From an uncultured Lachnospiraceae bacterium (GTDB lineage Bacteria > Bacillota > Clostridia > Oscillospirales > CAG-272), in assembly GCA_964413365.1 (NCBI GenBank), contig CAYPRM010000001.1, positions 333 to 55,655 of the forward strand: DNA of 55,323 nucleotides, written 5' to 3'. A program made the position numbers and the translations under genes. Below, in pieces: positions 8,963 to 18,446 of this stretch. Within the stretch, counting starts at the first letter, position 1. The number at the start of each line of letters is the position of its first letter. The notes under the pieces are model-generated. The model had not been told where the DNA came from. It made no database searches and worked only from the letters and a program-made list of their open reading frames with translations.

Positions 8963-10017
8963 AAAAGTATATCCTTGATATTATTATAAAAAATATTGCG
9001 TGCGAGAGTGGCAAGGGATTCATACGTATCGAGGTATTCCTCGCGCTCATAGATCTCCCCAAGAACATTACATATCTCACGGCGTAGGTAGTCAGCTCTT
9101 GCGATATCACGTGCGTAGCCTGTGCCACGCGCAGTGATAAACGCCTTCCCTATCGCGCCCCGACACATAAGCTCCCTTACCTGTCGTTTAAAGTGATCCT
9201 CGCTATCTCCAATATCGAAAATGGCAAGCGTGGCGTGCTTTTTCGGGAGAGCGTGGCACGCATTGAGATATTTCAGGAGCTGATCGGAATTCTCGCCCTC
9301 GCAAACGAGCAAGCAAAGATCACGCTCGCGGCAGATAGCGCCTGCTATGCGCGCGATCTGTAAATCAAGCATTGCCCACTCCGACTGCGTTATGACCTCG
9401 CCGCGGCTGGATCTTTTCAAGATCTCCCCGACAAGGTACGGATTCGGATGCGTCAGATCCTGCGGTGCGTGCACAAGGATCGCCCCGCACCCAGTTCTCT
9501 CGACCTCTGCAAGTATTGCCCCCTCGAGCATATCGAGCGAGCCTTCACCTGCGAGCCTTTTTGTATCAAGCGTCAGATAAGGCACACACTCTGTGTTCAT
9601 TCTTTTCAGTAGCTCTCTCTCGCTGATGCCAAGATAAGCGATCCTCTCGTTCAGAGTGGACCAAAGCTCCGAGCAGGTCGCAGCACTTATCGGCAGGTCG
9701 CACTCCCAGAGCATTCGCAGTTCAATATGGGAGAGCAGATATATCGGATTTCCGACGGCGGAGGGCAGGATCTCGCAAAATGCCCTGAGCTTTTCAAAAT
9801 CCGAGGAGCTGCCGCTGATATATTTCTCATCCACGGAGCACCGCCTCATAAGATTAAGCTTTTCCGCATCGGAAAGGAGAAATGCCTCTGCGATATTATC
9901 GTATTTTGCATCGTGCATATCGGAAAACGGCACGAACGAGAGCGTCGGGAGGTCATTTACAGCGTCAAAATAAAGCTTGCGTGCTGTGGCGTTGTTCAAA
10001 AGATAATTTTCGCTCAT
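8959..10017 (-). CDS. degenerate glucuronate (uronate) isomerase UxaC homolog
   Basis: YLLNNATARKLY, MRRCSVDEKYISG..SDFEK, GNPIYLLSHIEL and YLRREICNVLG...IFYNN match UxaC, but the HxH and DHYKWR motifs are absent and the protein is about 120 aa short. Confidence 0.75.
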   Translation of the reverse strand: MSENYLLNNATARKLYFDAVNDLPTLSFVPFSDMHDAKYDNIAEAFLLSDAEKLNLMRRCSVDEKYISGSSSDFEKLRAFCEILPSAVGNPIYLLSHIELRMLWECDLPISAATCSELWSTLNERIAYLGISERELLKRMNTECVPYLTLDTKRLAGEGSLDMLEGAILAEVERTGCGAILVHAPQDLTHPNPYLVGEILKRSSRGEVITQSEWAMLDLQIARIAGAICRERDLCLLVCEGENSDQLLKYLNACHALPKKHATLAIFDIGDSEDHFKRQVRELMCRGAIGKAFITARGTGYARDIARADYLRREICNVLGEIYEREEYLDTYESLATLARNIFYNNIKDILL

Positions 10018-10049
10018 ATATACCTGACCTCCGTTCTGCTTTTTTTACT

Positions 10050-10078
10050 ATGATACCATATTTCACGAAAAAATGCAA
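10050..10078 (-). promoter_or_regulatory. sigma-A promoter for the uxaC-like operon
   Basis: TTGCAT-17-TATCAT with TG extension. Confidence 0.6.
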
Positions 10079-10087
10079 TAAAAATAT

Positions 10088-10110
10088 AAAAAAGAGATGC
10101 AGAGCATCTC
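10088..10110 (-). terminator. intrinsic terminator after the mntR-like gene
   Basis: GAGATGC-tct-GCATCTC-TTTTTT on the minus strand. Confidence 0.7.
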
Positions 10111-10483
10111 AATTTTTATTTGAATAAAATTTGTTTTTGATCGCCTCAAAGGACTCATCGCTTATATGGTGCTCAAGCTTGCAGGCGTCGACGCTCGCCG
10201 TTTGCTCACTGACACCAATGGAGATGAGCACCTTAGTAAGTATCTTATGTCTTTCATAGATCTTCTCTGCGATCTCCCTGCCCGAGTCGGTAAGGAAAAG
10301 GTGTCCCGCTCTGTCCACGGTAACGTGTCCGCTCTTCTTTAGAATTCCGAGAGCGCGGCTGACGCTCGGCTTGCTGTATCCGAGGTAATCACAAATATCT
10401 ATCGCGCGGACGTCTCCGCCCCTTTCTTCGGAGAGAACGAGAATGCTCTCAAGATACATCTCTCCCGATTCATACATGCTCAT
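10109..10483 (-). CDS. DtxR/MntR family metal-dependent transcriptional regulator
   Basis: ESGEMYLE, SKPSVSRA HTH, YERH, DACKLEHHIS. Confidence 0.92.
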   Translation of the reverse strand: MSMYESGEMYLESILVLSEERGGDVRAIDICDYLGYSKPSVSRALGILKKSGHVTVDRAGHLFLTDSGREIAEKIYERHKILTKVLISIGVSEQTASVDACKLEHHISDESFEAIKNKFYSNKN

Positions 10484-10492
10484 ATCTTCCTC

Positions 10493-12361
10493 CTACATTT
10501 TTCTTATTTTTTCTGCAACGGATGCACCGTCAAGCCCCATAGAGGCGTAAATATCCTCGCCGTATTTATCCGCAAAGCTGTTCTCCACGGCAATGATCCG
10601 AGCGGTCCTGCCATCGATCGCACCGATGGCATCAAGTGTATCTCGGAGCATCATTCCAAAGCCCCCTGCCTTTATCTCCTCCTCAAGCGTTACTATCCTT
10701 CTGACGCTCTCGGGCATAGCGCCTGCAACATCCCGTGCAAGGTCGGCATAGGGCATTATACGCTCGGCAAGGATCACTCCTGCACGTATGCCCTCGCGGC
10801 CAAGAATCTCCTGCGCGCGCAGTGCCTCAAGTGTGATCTGACCGTGGGTTATGATGAGGGTATCTATATTATCATTATCGGAATAATTTTTCCTTATCGT
10901 GAGACTCTCAGCAGGCGTGCTGTAAAACGCCTCCACGATCTCGGGATGCTCTCCGCCCTTCGGATATCTTATAGCGCAGGGGGAGTTGATCTGTACAGAT
11001 GCTGCGAGCGCACGTCTCAATGCGTCATAAGTAACGGGTGCATAGAGTGTCATATTGGGTATCTGCGAAAGCATAGCGACGTCGTATATACCGTGGTGAG
11101 TCGGACCGTCGGAAGCGTTCAAGCCAGCGCGGTCGATGCATATACGGACGGGCAAGCCCTGAAGTGCCATATCGTGGAGCATATTGTCATATGAGCGCTG
11201 AAGGAAGGTCGAATAGACCGCAAAATACGGTTTCATTCCCTCCGCGGCAAGTCCGCAGGCAAACGTGAGTGCGTGCTCCTCGGCTATCCCGACGTCGAAT
11301 ATCCTATCGGGCATCCTCCTTGAAAATTCAAGAAGCCCCGTGCCATCGAGCATGGCGGCACTTATTGCGCAGATCCTGCTGTCCTGCTCTGCGAGCTCGA
11401 GCATCGTCTTGCCGAACTGCTCGGAAAAGCTCGTTTCGGTAGCCCTTGCGTCACTCGGGGAGATCCCGTGATATTTCGACGGATCCTTCTCAGCAGGCTC
11501 ATAGCCCATTCCCTTAAGAGTCTTTACGTGGACTATTGCGCTCTCCTTGCAGGATCTCGCGATTCTAAGTGCATCCTCGACCTGCTTTTCGTCGTTTCCG
11601 TCAACAGGTCCTACGTAAAAGAGTCCGAGATTTTCAAAGTAGTTAGAGCCGTAAAAGATGTCCTTTATACGCATCTTGACGGACTGCAGAGCCTTGAATA
11701 TGTATTTTCCGATAAGGGGTATGCCGAGCACCGCACGCTTGACAAGCTGCTTCGTTTTGACATATCCCGAGTGAAGTCTGAGCTTCGTAAGTATTCTTGC
11801 AAAGCTGCCGATATTCTTTGATATCGACATCTCGTTTTCGTTGAGCACTATGACAAGGTGAAGATCACGCTCGATATTGTTGAGCGCCTCGTGGACCATT
11901 CCGCCCGTGAATGCGCCGTCTCCGAGCACCACGACCGTCGTCGCATCGTTGCCGAGCAGCTTATCCGCCTGCGCAAAGCCGATGCCCGCGGAAACGGATG
12001 TTGAGCTGTGCCCTGCACCAAAGCAGTCGTATTCGCTCTCACTCCTCTTGGTAAAGCCGCTCAAGCCTCCGCCGCGTCTGAGCGTGTCGAAGTCATCGCG
12101 TCTGCCCGTAACTATCTTGTGTACATAGCTCTGGTGTCCGACGTCGAATATCAAATGATCGTGCGGCACGTCAAAAACTCTGTGTATCGCCAGCGTCAAC
12201 TCGACCACTCCAAGATTTGAGGCGAGATGCCCCCCGTTCTCTGTGACCTTTTCAACCAAAAAATCTCGGATCTCCTTGGCAAGCGAGGTTATTTCATCCT
12301 CCTGCAAGCCCTTAAGATCCGCAGGAGAATTTATTTTGCTCAGGTATTTGTATTCCGACAT
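10493..12361 (-). CDS. dxs: 1-deoxy-D-xylulose-5-phosphate synthase
   Basis: GGHLASNLGVVELT, DVGHQSY, GDGAFTGG..EALN, DVGIAEEHA, STFLQRSYD, DGPTHHG. Confidence 0.97.
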   Translation of the reverse strand: MSEYKYLSKINSPADLKGLQEDEITSLAKEIRDFLVEKVTENGGHLASNLGVVELTLAIHRVFDVPHDHLIFDVGHQSYVHKIVTGRRDDFDTLRRGGGLSGFTKRSESEYDCFGAGHSSTSVSAGIGFAQADKLLGNDATTVVVLGDGAFTGGMVHEALNNIERDLHLVIVLNENEMSISKNIGSFARILTKLRLHSGYVKTKQLVKRAVLGIPLIGKYIFKALQSVKMRIKDIFYGSNYFENLGLFYVGPVDGNDEKQVEDALRIARSCKESAIVHVKTLKGMGYEPAEKDPSKYHGISPSDARATETSFSEQFGKTMLELAEQDSRICAISAAMLDGTGLLEFSRRMPDRIFDVGIAEEHALTFACGLAAEGMKPYFAVYSTFLQRSYDNMLHDMALQGLPVRICIDRAGLNASDGPTHHGIYDVAMLSQIPNMTLYAPVTYDALRRALAASVQINSPCAIRYPKGGEHPEIVEAFYSTPAESLTIRKNYSDNDNIDTLIITHGQITLEALRAQEILGREGIRAGVILAERIMPYADLARDVAGAMPESVRRIVTLEEEIKAGGFGMMLRDTLDAIGAIDGRTARIIAVENSFADKYGEDIYASMGLDGASVAEKIRKM

Positions 12362-12392
12362 AAAATTCTCCCGTATTGTATCATCTCCCTAT

Positions 12393-12420
12393 ATTATATC
12401 ATTTTTTGAAATTATTTCAA
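12393..12420 (-). promoter_or_regulatory. sigma-A promoter for dxs
   Basis: TTGAAA-16-TATAAT with TG extension. Confidence 0.6.
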
Positions 12421-12496
12421 TAGTTATTTGTAAATTTATAAAAAAGTATGATCAAGAGTCCACATAGCGAAAATTTCAAGATTTTCAGAAAAGTTC

Positions 12497-12528
12497 AAAA
12501 AAAGACTGCCGCGTTGGCAGTCTTTTTA
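12497..12528 (-). terminator. intrinsic terminator
   Basis: AAAAAGACTGCC-gcgtt-GGCAGTCTTTTT. Confidence 0.8.
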
Positions 12529-12533
12529 AGGTG

Positions 12534-13631
12534 TTATTTAAGTGTTAGCTTATTTTCGCCCAGATCGTAGGAATAGGTATCGCTCCAATGGCGGCGGATG
12601 ACGATCTCGGCGGTGCGGTCGGTATTGTTAAAGACGATCGACCACTGAGTATTACTCGTAAGAGAGCCATCCTTAGGTTCCTGTGATGCGGAAATGAGGG
12701 CGTCCCATGCGGTATCATTCGTATGATTGCCCTTTTGCTCCTCAAACACATCGAGGATCGCTTCATATCTTTCCTTACCGTGTCCGTAGATGCCGTTCCT
12801 CTGATTGGGAAGAACGCGATCGGCGTAAATGGTATAGAAATTCGTAACTACATCGACGGGGGTTGCCACGAGCTCACGAGTCTCGCTTTCGCAATCATAC
12901 TCGACTACTCTGCCGTCTCCGCTCGCGTCGTTGATATAGAAGTGGTAATCCTTGCCTGCCGATGCGAACATATCGTACTGACTGAGAAGCTCGACCGCCT
13001 CCTCGGTGGTTGCCGCTCTATCAAGGACAAGTCGTATTGCAAGCGTTGTGAAGATGGTGGGCTTACCTGTATTCTGATTTACGGGGGTACTATCGACGAC
13101 GAGAACAGCTATCGAAACGCCCTTTTCATTCATACCGTCAAGGCAGATAAAGGGTGCTGTCAGAGTCGCCATTCTTTTAGCTATGCTCTCCTCGGGGTGA
13201 TCTGCTGAAACATTATTGAGTGCCGCAAAGGCGACGGAGCTATATCCGTCCTTGGGATCACAGTAGACGAGCATTGCGGATGTGTTTTTGCTGAAGTCGT
13301 AATTCCTTCCCATACGCTCGTCCCCATCCGTGCCCGTGAGCTGAAATGCGGAGCAACCGAAATTGGGTGCCTCAATAGATACCGGGAGAAGCGGCAGGGA
13401 TTCGGTGAGAATTGCATCGAACATAGCCTGATTATCTGAAATTCCGTAATTGATGATGTTCTCAATACTGTAATCATACTTAACATTCATCGTATAAAGG
13501 TCGAAGCCGTCGTCGTAGGAGCTGATCTTTTCGATGGACGCCACGGTTGCTATTCTTGTGGCATAGATGCCGAAGAAGGTCAGAATACACACGAGAATCA
13601 ATGCGAGAATTACAATCAATACCTGTTTCAT
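12534..13631 (-). CDS. Ntn-hydrolase (C45/choloylglycine hydrolase-like linear amide C-N hydrolase) with N-terminal anchor
   Basis: Hydrophobic N-terminus, internal G-CSAF nucleophile, GRNYDF, DGMNEKG, TQWSIVFN. Confidence 0.82.
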   Translation of the reverse strand: MKQVLIVILALILVCILTFFGIYATRIATVASIEKISSYDDGFDLYTMNVKYDYSIENIINYGISDNQAMFDAILTESLPLLPVSIEAPNFGCSAFQLTGTDGDERMGRNYDFSKNTSAMLVYCDPKDGYSSVAFAALNNVSADHPEESIAKRMATLTAPFICLDGMNEKGVSIAVLVVDSTPVNQNTGKPTIFTTLAIRLVLDRAATTEEAVELLSQYDMFASAGKDYHFYINDASGDGRVVEYDCESETRELVATPVDVVTNFYTIYADRVLPNQRNGIYGHGKERYEAILDVFEEQKGNHTNDTAWDALISASQEPKDGSLTSNTQWSIVFNNTDRTAEIVIRRHWSDTYSYDLGENKLTLK

Positions 13632-13663
13632 AATAAAACCTCCGTAATATTTTGTTATATAAA

Positions 13664-15184
13664 TCAGTCTATGGGTTTCATTGTGGGGAAAAGGAGAACG
13701 TCTCTTATGGCTGCGGAATCCGTAAGAAGCATAACAAGGCGGTCAACTCCAAATCCGAGGCCTCCCGTGGGGGCAAGTCCGTATTCAAGCGCCGTTACGT
13801 AATCGTAGTCGACCTCTGCATTGGAATCGGGCTCCTCGGCGAGCTTTGCAGCTACCTGACGCTCGAAGCGCTCCTTCTGATCAATGGGATCGTTGAGCTC
13901 GCTGAACGCATTGCCGAACTCGGTCGCGTTGATGAAATACTCAAATCTCTCGGTAAACGCAGGCTCATCTGCCTTACGCTTTGCGAGGGGGCTGTTTTCT
14001 ACGGGATAATCGTAGATAAATGTGGGCTGTATGAGGTGCTCCTCAACGAAGGCGTCAAAGAGCTCTGCGAGCACAGTGCCCTTGGTTGCGTTTTCGGGAA
14101 CGTCGACATGAAGCTCCTTTGCGCACGCTCTTGCGTCCTCGTCTGTCTTCCAGTCGTAATAATCCTTACCAGAATACTTCTTTACTGCCTCGACCATGCT
14201 AAGGCGCTCCCAATGGGACATATCTATCTCCGTACCCTGATACGTTATCGTGGTAGAGCCACAAACCTTGAGAGCAAGGAGCTTATACATCTCCTCAACA
14301 AGATCCATCATGCCCTTATAATCTGTGAACGCCTGATAGAGCTCGACGGTCGTGAACTCGGGGTTATGCTTTGTATCCATACCCTCGTTTCTGAAAATGC
14401 GTCCGACCTCGTAAACGCGATCCATACCGCCGACGATAAGACGCTTGAGGTAGAGCTCTGTCTCGATCCTGAGATACATATCCATATCGAGCGTATTATG
14501 GTGAGTCTTGAAGGGGCGAGCGGATGCACCGATCTCGAGGGGCACAAGTATGGGAGTATCGACCTCAAGGAAGCCCTTTCCGTCGAGATATTCCCTTATA
14601 TACTTAAGAATGAGGCTGCGCTTAACGAAGGTATCCTTGACCTCGGGATTCATAATGAGGTCGACATACCTCTGACGGTAGCGCAGGTCGGTATCCCTGA
14701 GTCCGTGGAACTTCTCGGGGAGAGGAAGAAGGGATTTTGCAAGAAGCTCAATTCCGTAAACGTGGACGGAGATCTCTCCGCGGCGAGTCATAAATACCTT
14801 ACCCGATACGCCGACTATATCGCCGATATCCCACTTTTTATACTGCTCGAAGGTCTCCTCGCCGACGTCGTTGATGCGGATGTAGCACTGTATTCTGCCC
14901 TTTCCGTCCATAACGTCGATGAAATTTGCCTTACCCATATCGCGGCGGCTCATGATCCTGCCCGCGATTCTTACATCCTTCTCATTATATTCGTCGAAAT
15001 TGTTTTTGATATCGACGCTGTAAGTATCAAAATCGTACCTTACCTTCTGAAAGGGATCATTGCCCGACTCCTTGAGTGCGGTGAGCTTATCCCTTCTTAT
15101 CTGAAGAACGGAATTGAGTTCTCTTTCCTCCTCTGCTGTGAGGAGCTCGTCATTTATCTCATTTACATTGTTTATTTCCGCCAT
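13664..15184 (-). CDS. lysS: lysine--tRNA ligase (class II)
   Basis: RYRQRYVDL, ELYLKRLIVGG, FRNEG, HNPEFT, GLGFGVDRL. Confidence 0.98.
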   Translation of the reverse strand: MAEINNVNEINDELLTAEEERELNSVLQIRRDKLTALKESGNDPFQKVRYDFDTYSVDIKNNFDEYNEKDVRIAGRIMSRRDMGKANFIDVMDGKGRIQCYIRINDVGEETFEQYKKWDIGDIVGVSGKVFMTRRGEISVHVYGIELLAKSLLPLPEKFHGLRDTDLRYRQRYVDLIMNPEVKDTFVKRSLILKYIREYLDGKGFLEVDTPILVPLEIGASARPFKTHHNTLDMDMYLRIETELYLKRLIVGGMDRVYEVGRIFRNEGMDTKHNPEFTTVELYQAFTDYKGMMDLVEEMYKLLALKVCGSTTITYQGTEIDMSHWERLSMVEAVKKYSGKDYYDWKTDEDARACAKELHVDVPENATKGTVLAELFDAFVEEHLIQPTFIYDYPVENSPLAKRKADEPAFTERFEYFINATEFGNAFSELNDPIDQKERFERQVAAKLAEEPDSNAEVDYDYVTALEYGLAPTGGLGFGVDRLVMLLTDSAAIRDVLLFPTMKPID

Positions 15185-15198
15185 TTTTACCTCCGAGC

Positions 15199-15684
15199 TT
15201 ATCTTCTCGTAACCTCAAGGACTGTAAGTGTGAGAACGCCCGTGGGAGTCTCAACGCTTATCTTATCCTTGCCCGCACTTCTGCCCATAAGAGCGTGTCC
15301 TATGGGGGACTGATCCGAGATCTTGCCCTCAAGAGGATCGACCTCGTTTGAGCCGACAATATTATATTCCACTTCCTTGCCGAGTCTGTCGTTGAATACT
15401 CTTACGGTCGAGCCGATACTTACTACCGTGGTATCTATAGCGGTCTCGTCAACGATGAGCGCATTGTCGATCAGCGCCTGAAGCTCAAGGATCCTCGCCT
15501 CGTTCTTTGCCTGTTCATTTCTCGCCTCGTCATACTCCGAGTTCTCCGAAAGGTCTCCGAAGGAGCGTGCGACCGCGATCGCTTCCTTTATCTCCTCACG
15601 CTTTACCGTTTGACGCTCTCTAAGCTCATCCTGAAGTGCCTGAAAGCCTTCCTTAGTATACAACATCTGTTTTGCCTTAGCCAT
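15199..15684 (-). CDS. greA: transcription elongation factor GreA
   Basis: ARSFGDLSENSEYDEA, ISDQSPIGHAL. Confidence 0.97.
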   Translation of the reverse strand: MAKAKQMLYTKEGFQALQDELRERQTVKREEIKEAIAVARSFGDLSENSEYDEARNEQAKNEARILELQALIDNALIVDETAIDTTVVSIGSTVRVFNDRLGKEVEYNIVGSNEVDPLEGKISDQSPIGHALMGRSAGKDKISVETPTGVLTLTVLEVTRR

Positions 15685-15716
15685 GGTAATTCTCCTATAT
15701 AATTATAATTATTTTT

Positions 15717-17108
15717 TTAATCTATCAGAACCGAGACAGCCTCCTGCAGCTGATTATCAATATCCTCGGTAAGCTTGTAGAAATTGATGCTTGCGGCCTC
15801 TCCCTCAAGTGCTACGGTATGATCCGGCTCGATGCCGATGCCGCCGTCATAGCCAACTCCGCAGGGTGGGAAATAAAGCTTGGTCGTGAGCTTAAGTGCA
15901 CCGTGGTACTGCTCACCGTATGCGGAGAGCGATATGATGCTCTGCATGCTTCCCTTTCCGTAGGTCTTTTCGCCCACGATGGTGGCAAGCTCATGATCAC
16001 GAAGTGCAGAGGTAAAGAGCTCTGCTGCGCTCGCGGAATTTCCGTTTGCGAGGACTACCATATCATATCCTCTGTACTTACCGATATCCTCATTTGTAAC
16101 ATTACAGGTCGAGTATGCGGAGGACGAGGCATATTTAACGGTATCGACCTTGGTTATCTCGACAGCACCACTCGAATCCTTGGTAGAAAGAATGATATCA
16201 TCGCGCTGGAGCAAGGTGCTGAGCACAGCCACAACGGACGCGAGGTCTCCGCCCGGGTTATTGCGAAGATCGAAGATGAACTTATCGCATCCTGACGCAA
16301 TGAGCTGATCCATACAGCTCTTGAACTGCGTGGGGGTGGTAAGATTGAACTCGCTGATGGAGACGATTCCGACGGAGGAATCTCTCTTTGAGGTCTTGCA
16401 GGTAACGCTTACGGATGTTACCTTTGCCCTCTGAGCTTTAATGTCGATGACCGTTCCGTTTCTGTCCACGGTAAATTCCGCATACGTGCCCTCTGCGCCC
16501 TTGAGCTTGGAGACAGCGTATTGGAAGGTCTCGTAGCAGGCGGCGTTATTTATCTCGTCATCGGTATAATCGGGATAGAGCTCGCGGAGCGTGGTCTTAT
16601 TCTTTTCAACTATATCGGCAAGAGCGACCGTTTTGCCGTCAACCTTTATATGGGTTAGCTTATCGCCCACCTCGAGCGTGCTCTGCGCAGGGGAATCGGG
16701 CATTATCATAACTACCTCCATAAAGTAGCCGTCGTAGTCAAATATGACCTGAACGCCTATTCCGTAGAGGTCGCCCTGATTGTCGGATATAAGCTCCTCA
16801 TACTCAGCAGGGGTATAGAACATAGCGTACTTATCCCCCGTTACCTGAAGGTATGCACGGATCGCGGCGATGACTGCGCTCTCGTAGTCGACGTCAAATA
16901 TAGAATAATTTCTGAAAAGCGCGTCGATAAGATAGAAGGTATCCCTATAATCGTAGGACTCCCCACTTCCGTCGGGGCTTTCAATAGTGGGCTTTGTTGT
17001 GGTGGAGCTCATTTCGGGACCGACTATGATGCAGGAGATGCACGAGGTTACGATGATGACAAGCACGATCGCGAGAGCTATGAGCGATAGCAATAAATTC
17101 TTTTTCAT
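15717..17108 (-). CDS. S41 family carboxyl-terminal protease (PDZ), probable lipoprotein
   Basis: GDKYA, GIGV PDZ, DLRNNPGG, SASAAE, GEKTYGKG, GIEPD. Confidence 0.92.
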   Translation of the reverse strand: MKKNLLLSLIALAIVLVIIVTSCISCIIVGPEMSSTTTKPTIESPDGSGESYDYRDTFYLIDALFRNYSIFDVDYESAVIAAIRAYLQVTGDKYAMFYTPAEYEELISDNQGDLYGIGVQVIFDYDGYFMEVVMIMPDSPAQSTLEVGDKLTHIKVDGKTVALADIVEKNKTTLRELYPDYTDDEINNAACYETFQYAVSKLKGAEGTYAEFTVDRNGTVIDIKAQRAKVTSVSVTCKTSKRDSSVGIVSISEFNLTTPTQFKSCMDQLIASGCDKFIFDLRNNPGGDLASVVAVLSTLLQRDDIILSTKDSSGAVEITKVDTVKYASSSAYSTCNVTNEDIGKYRGYDMVVLANGNSASAAELFTSALRDHELATIVGEKTYGKGSMQSIISLSAYGEQYHGALKLTTKLYFPPCGVGYDGGIGIEPDHTVALEGEAASINFYKLTEDIDNQLQEAVSVLID

Positions 17109-17160
17109 AATTTTGATTTTGCCTCCATTCCGCCATAGGCGTTTTTTTAGAAAAGCACAC

Positions 17161-17191
17161 CAAGCGAAACGGATACTCTCCGTTTCGCTTG
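17161..17191. terminator. strong hairpin between the CdaR-like gene and the S41 gene
   Basis: CAAGCGAAACGGA-tactc-TCCGTTTCGCTTG, 13-bp perfect stem with no clear U-tail. Confidence 0.5.
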
Positions 17192-17198
17192 AGAGCGA

Positions 17199-18284
17199 TC
17201 AATATTTCGAGGAAACAGATCTGAGATATTTCTGAACCATCAAGGCGACCTTGAAGGTTATCGCGTGGTCAAATTCACGCAGGTCAAGTCCTGTGAGCTT
17301 GCGGATCTTTTCCAGCCTATAAACGAGTGTATTTCTATGAACGAAAAGCTTTCTCGATGTCTCGGAAACATTGAGGTTATTTTCAAAGAAGCACTGTATC
17401 GTCATGAGCGTCTCCTTATCGAGGGAGTCAAGGCTGCCCTTCTTAAAGACCTCCTGAAGGAACATCTCGCACATTGTCGTGGGAAGCTGGTATATAAGTC
17501 TTCCGATACCGAGATTTTCATAGCTGATTATGTTCTTTTCCGTCTCGAACACCTTGCCGACGTCGAGAGCGACCTGAGCCTCCTTATAGGCTCTCGCAAG
17601 GTCCTTTATATTATCGACCACGGAGGAGATTCCTATTGCGACCTTTGCGTAATACTCGTTATTGAGCGTATTGACGATGGATGTAGCCATCTTCTCTATC
17701 TCACGCTGATCCGTGCCCTGCTTGATATCCTTTACTATGACCACATCCTGCTCACTGACGCTGATTATATAGTCCTTGGACTTATCGGGGAACATATTTT
17801 GCAGCATCTCGTAGGGCATCATATCGGTCTTGCCGTAGAACTTCACGAGGAATACTATGCGTATCTCCTCGGTATTGAAGTGAAGCTCCTTGCTCTTAAT
17901 GTATATGTCACTCGGAAGAATATTATCAAGGATGATGTTTTTGATAAACGAGCCCTTGTCGTACTTCTCGTCGTAGAGATTCTTGATATTAGCAAAGGAA
18001 ACAACGAGTATCTTGGCATATTTCTCAGCCATTCTATCGTCTCCCTCAACAAACACGAAGTACTCCGATCTCGAGCCCGAGGTGATGGGGCTATAGGTAT
18101 TACCAAGATAGGTAAAGGTCTTGGGGGAATACGATATCTCCTCCGCAACTCCCTGTCTTACCTCACCGATCTTCACAAGCTCAGAGCAAGCAACAACGAC
18201 TCCGTTTTCATCGACCACGCCGATGACGCGATCGACTGCGTCCTTCATCTGATGAACAACGCTCTGAAATAATCTGTTAGACAT
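17199..18284 (-). CDS. CdaR/PucR family transcriptional regulator
   Basis: C-terminal HTH NLNVSETSRKLFVHRNTLVYRLEKI; start moved to MSNRLFQ (GAGAGG RBS). Confidence 0.9.
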   Translation of the reverse strand: MSNRLFQSVVHQMKDAVDRVIGVVDENGVVVACSELVKIGEVRQGVAEEISYSPKTFTYLGNTYSPITSGSRSEYFVFVEGDDRMAEKYAKILVVSFANIKNLYDEKYDKGSFIKNIILDNILPSDIYIKSKELHFNTEEIRIVFLVKFYGKTDMMPYEMLQNMFPDKSKDYIISVSEQDVVIVKDIKQGTDQREIEKMATSIVNTLNNEYYAKVAIGISSVVDNIKDLARAYKEAQVALDVGKVFETEKNIISYENLGIGRLIYQLPTTMCEMFLQEVFKKGSLDSLDKETLMTIQCFFENNLNVSETSRKLFVHRNTLVYRLEKIRKLTGLDLREFDHAITFKVALMVQKYLRSVSSKY

Positions 18285-18338
18285 AACTTTTAACCTCTCA
18301 TTCATAAGCATTAATTGCTTTTGTACATACTACACTAT

Positions 18339-18367
18339 ATCATACACTATTTTTTGTGATTTTTCAA
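18339..18367 (-). promoter_or_regulatory. sigma-A promoter for the CdaR-like gene
   Basis: TTGAAA-17-TATGAT. Confidence 0.6.
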
Positions 18368-18446
18368 TAGGTCTTTTGATATTTTTTATAATTTTCTTAA
18401 AAAAATTCGTATTTTTTTAGTAAAATCCGTACTCATTGTGCAAAAT

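Noticed and set aside
15185-15198. T-box leader for lysS (also considered for thrC)
   Set aside because: The intergenic gaps (14 nt for lysS, 3 nt for thrC) are too short to hold one
13652-15313. 553-aa plus-strand ORF
   Set aside because: Antisense shadow of lysS/greA with no recognisable motifs; explained by codon bias of the real genes
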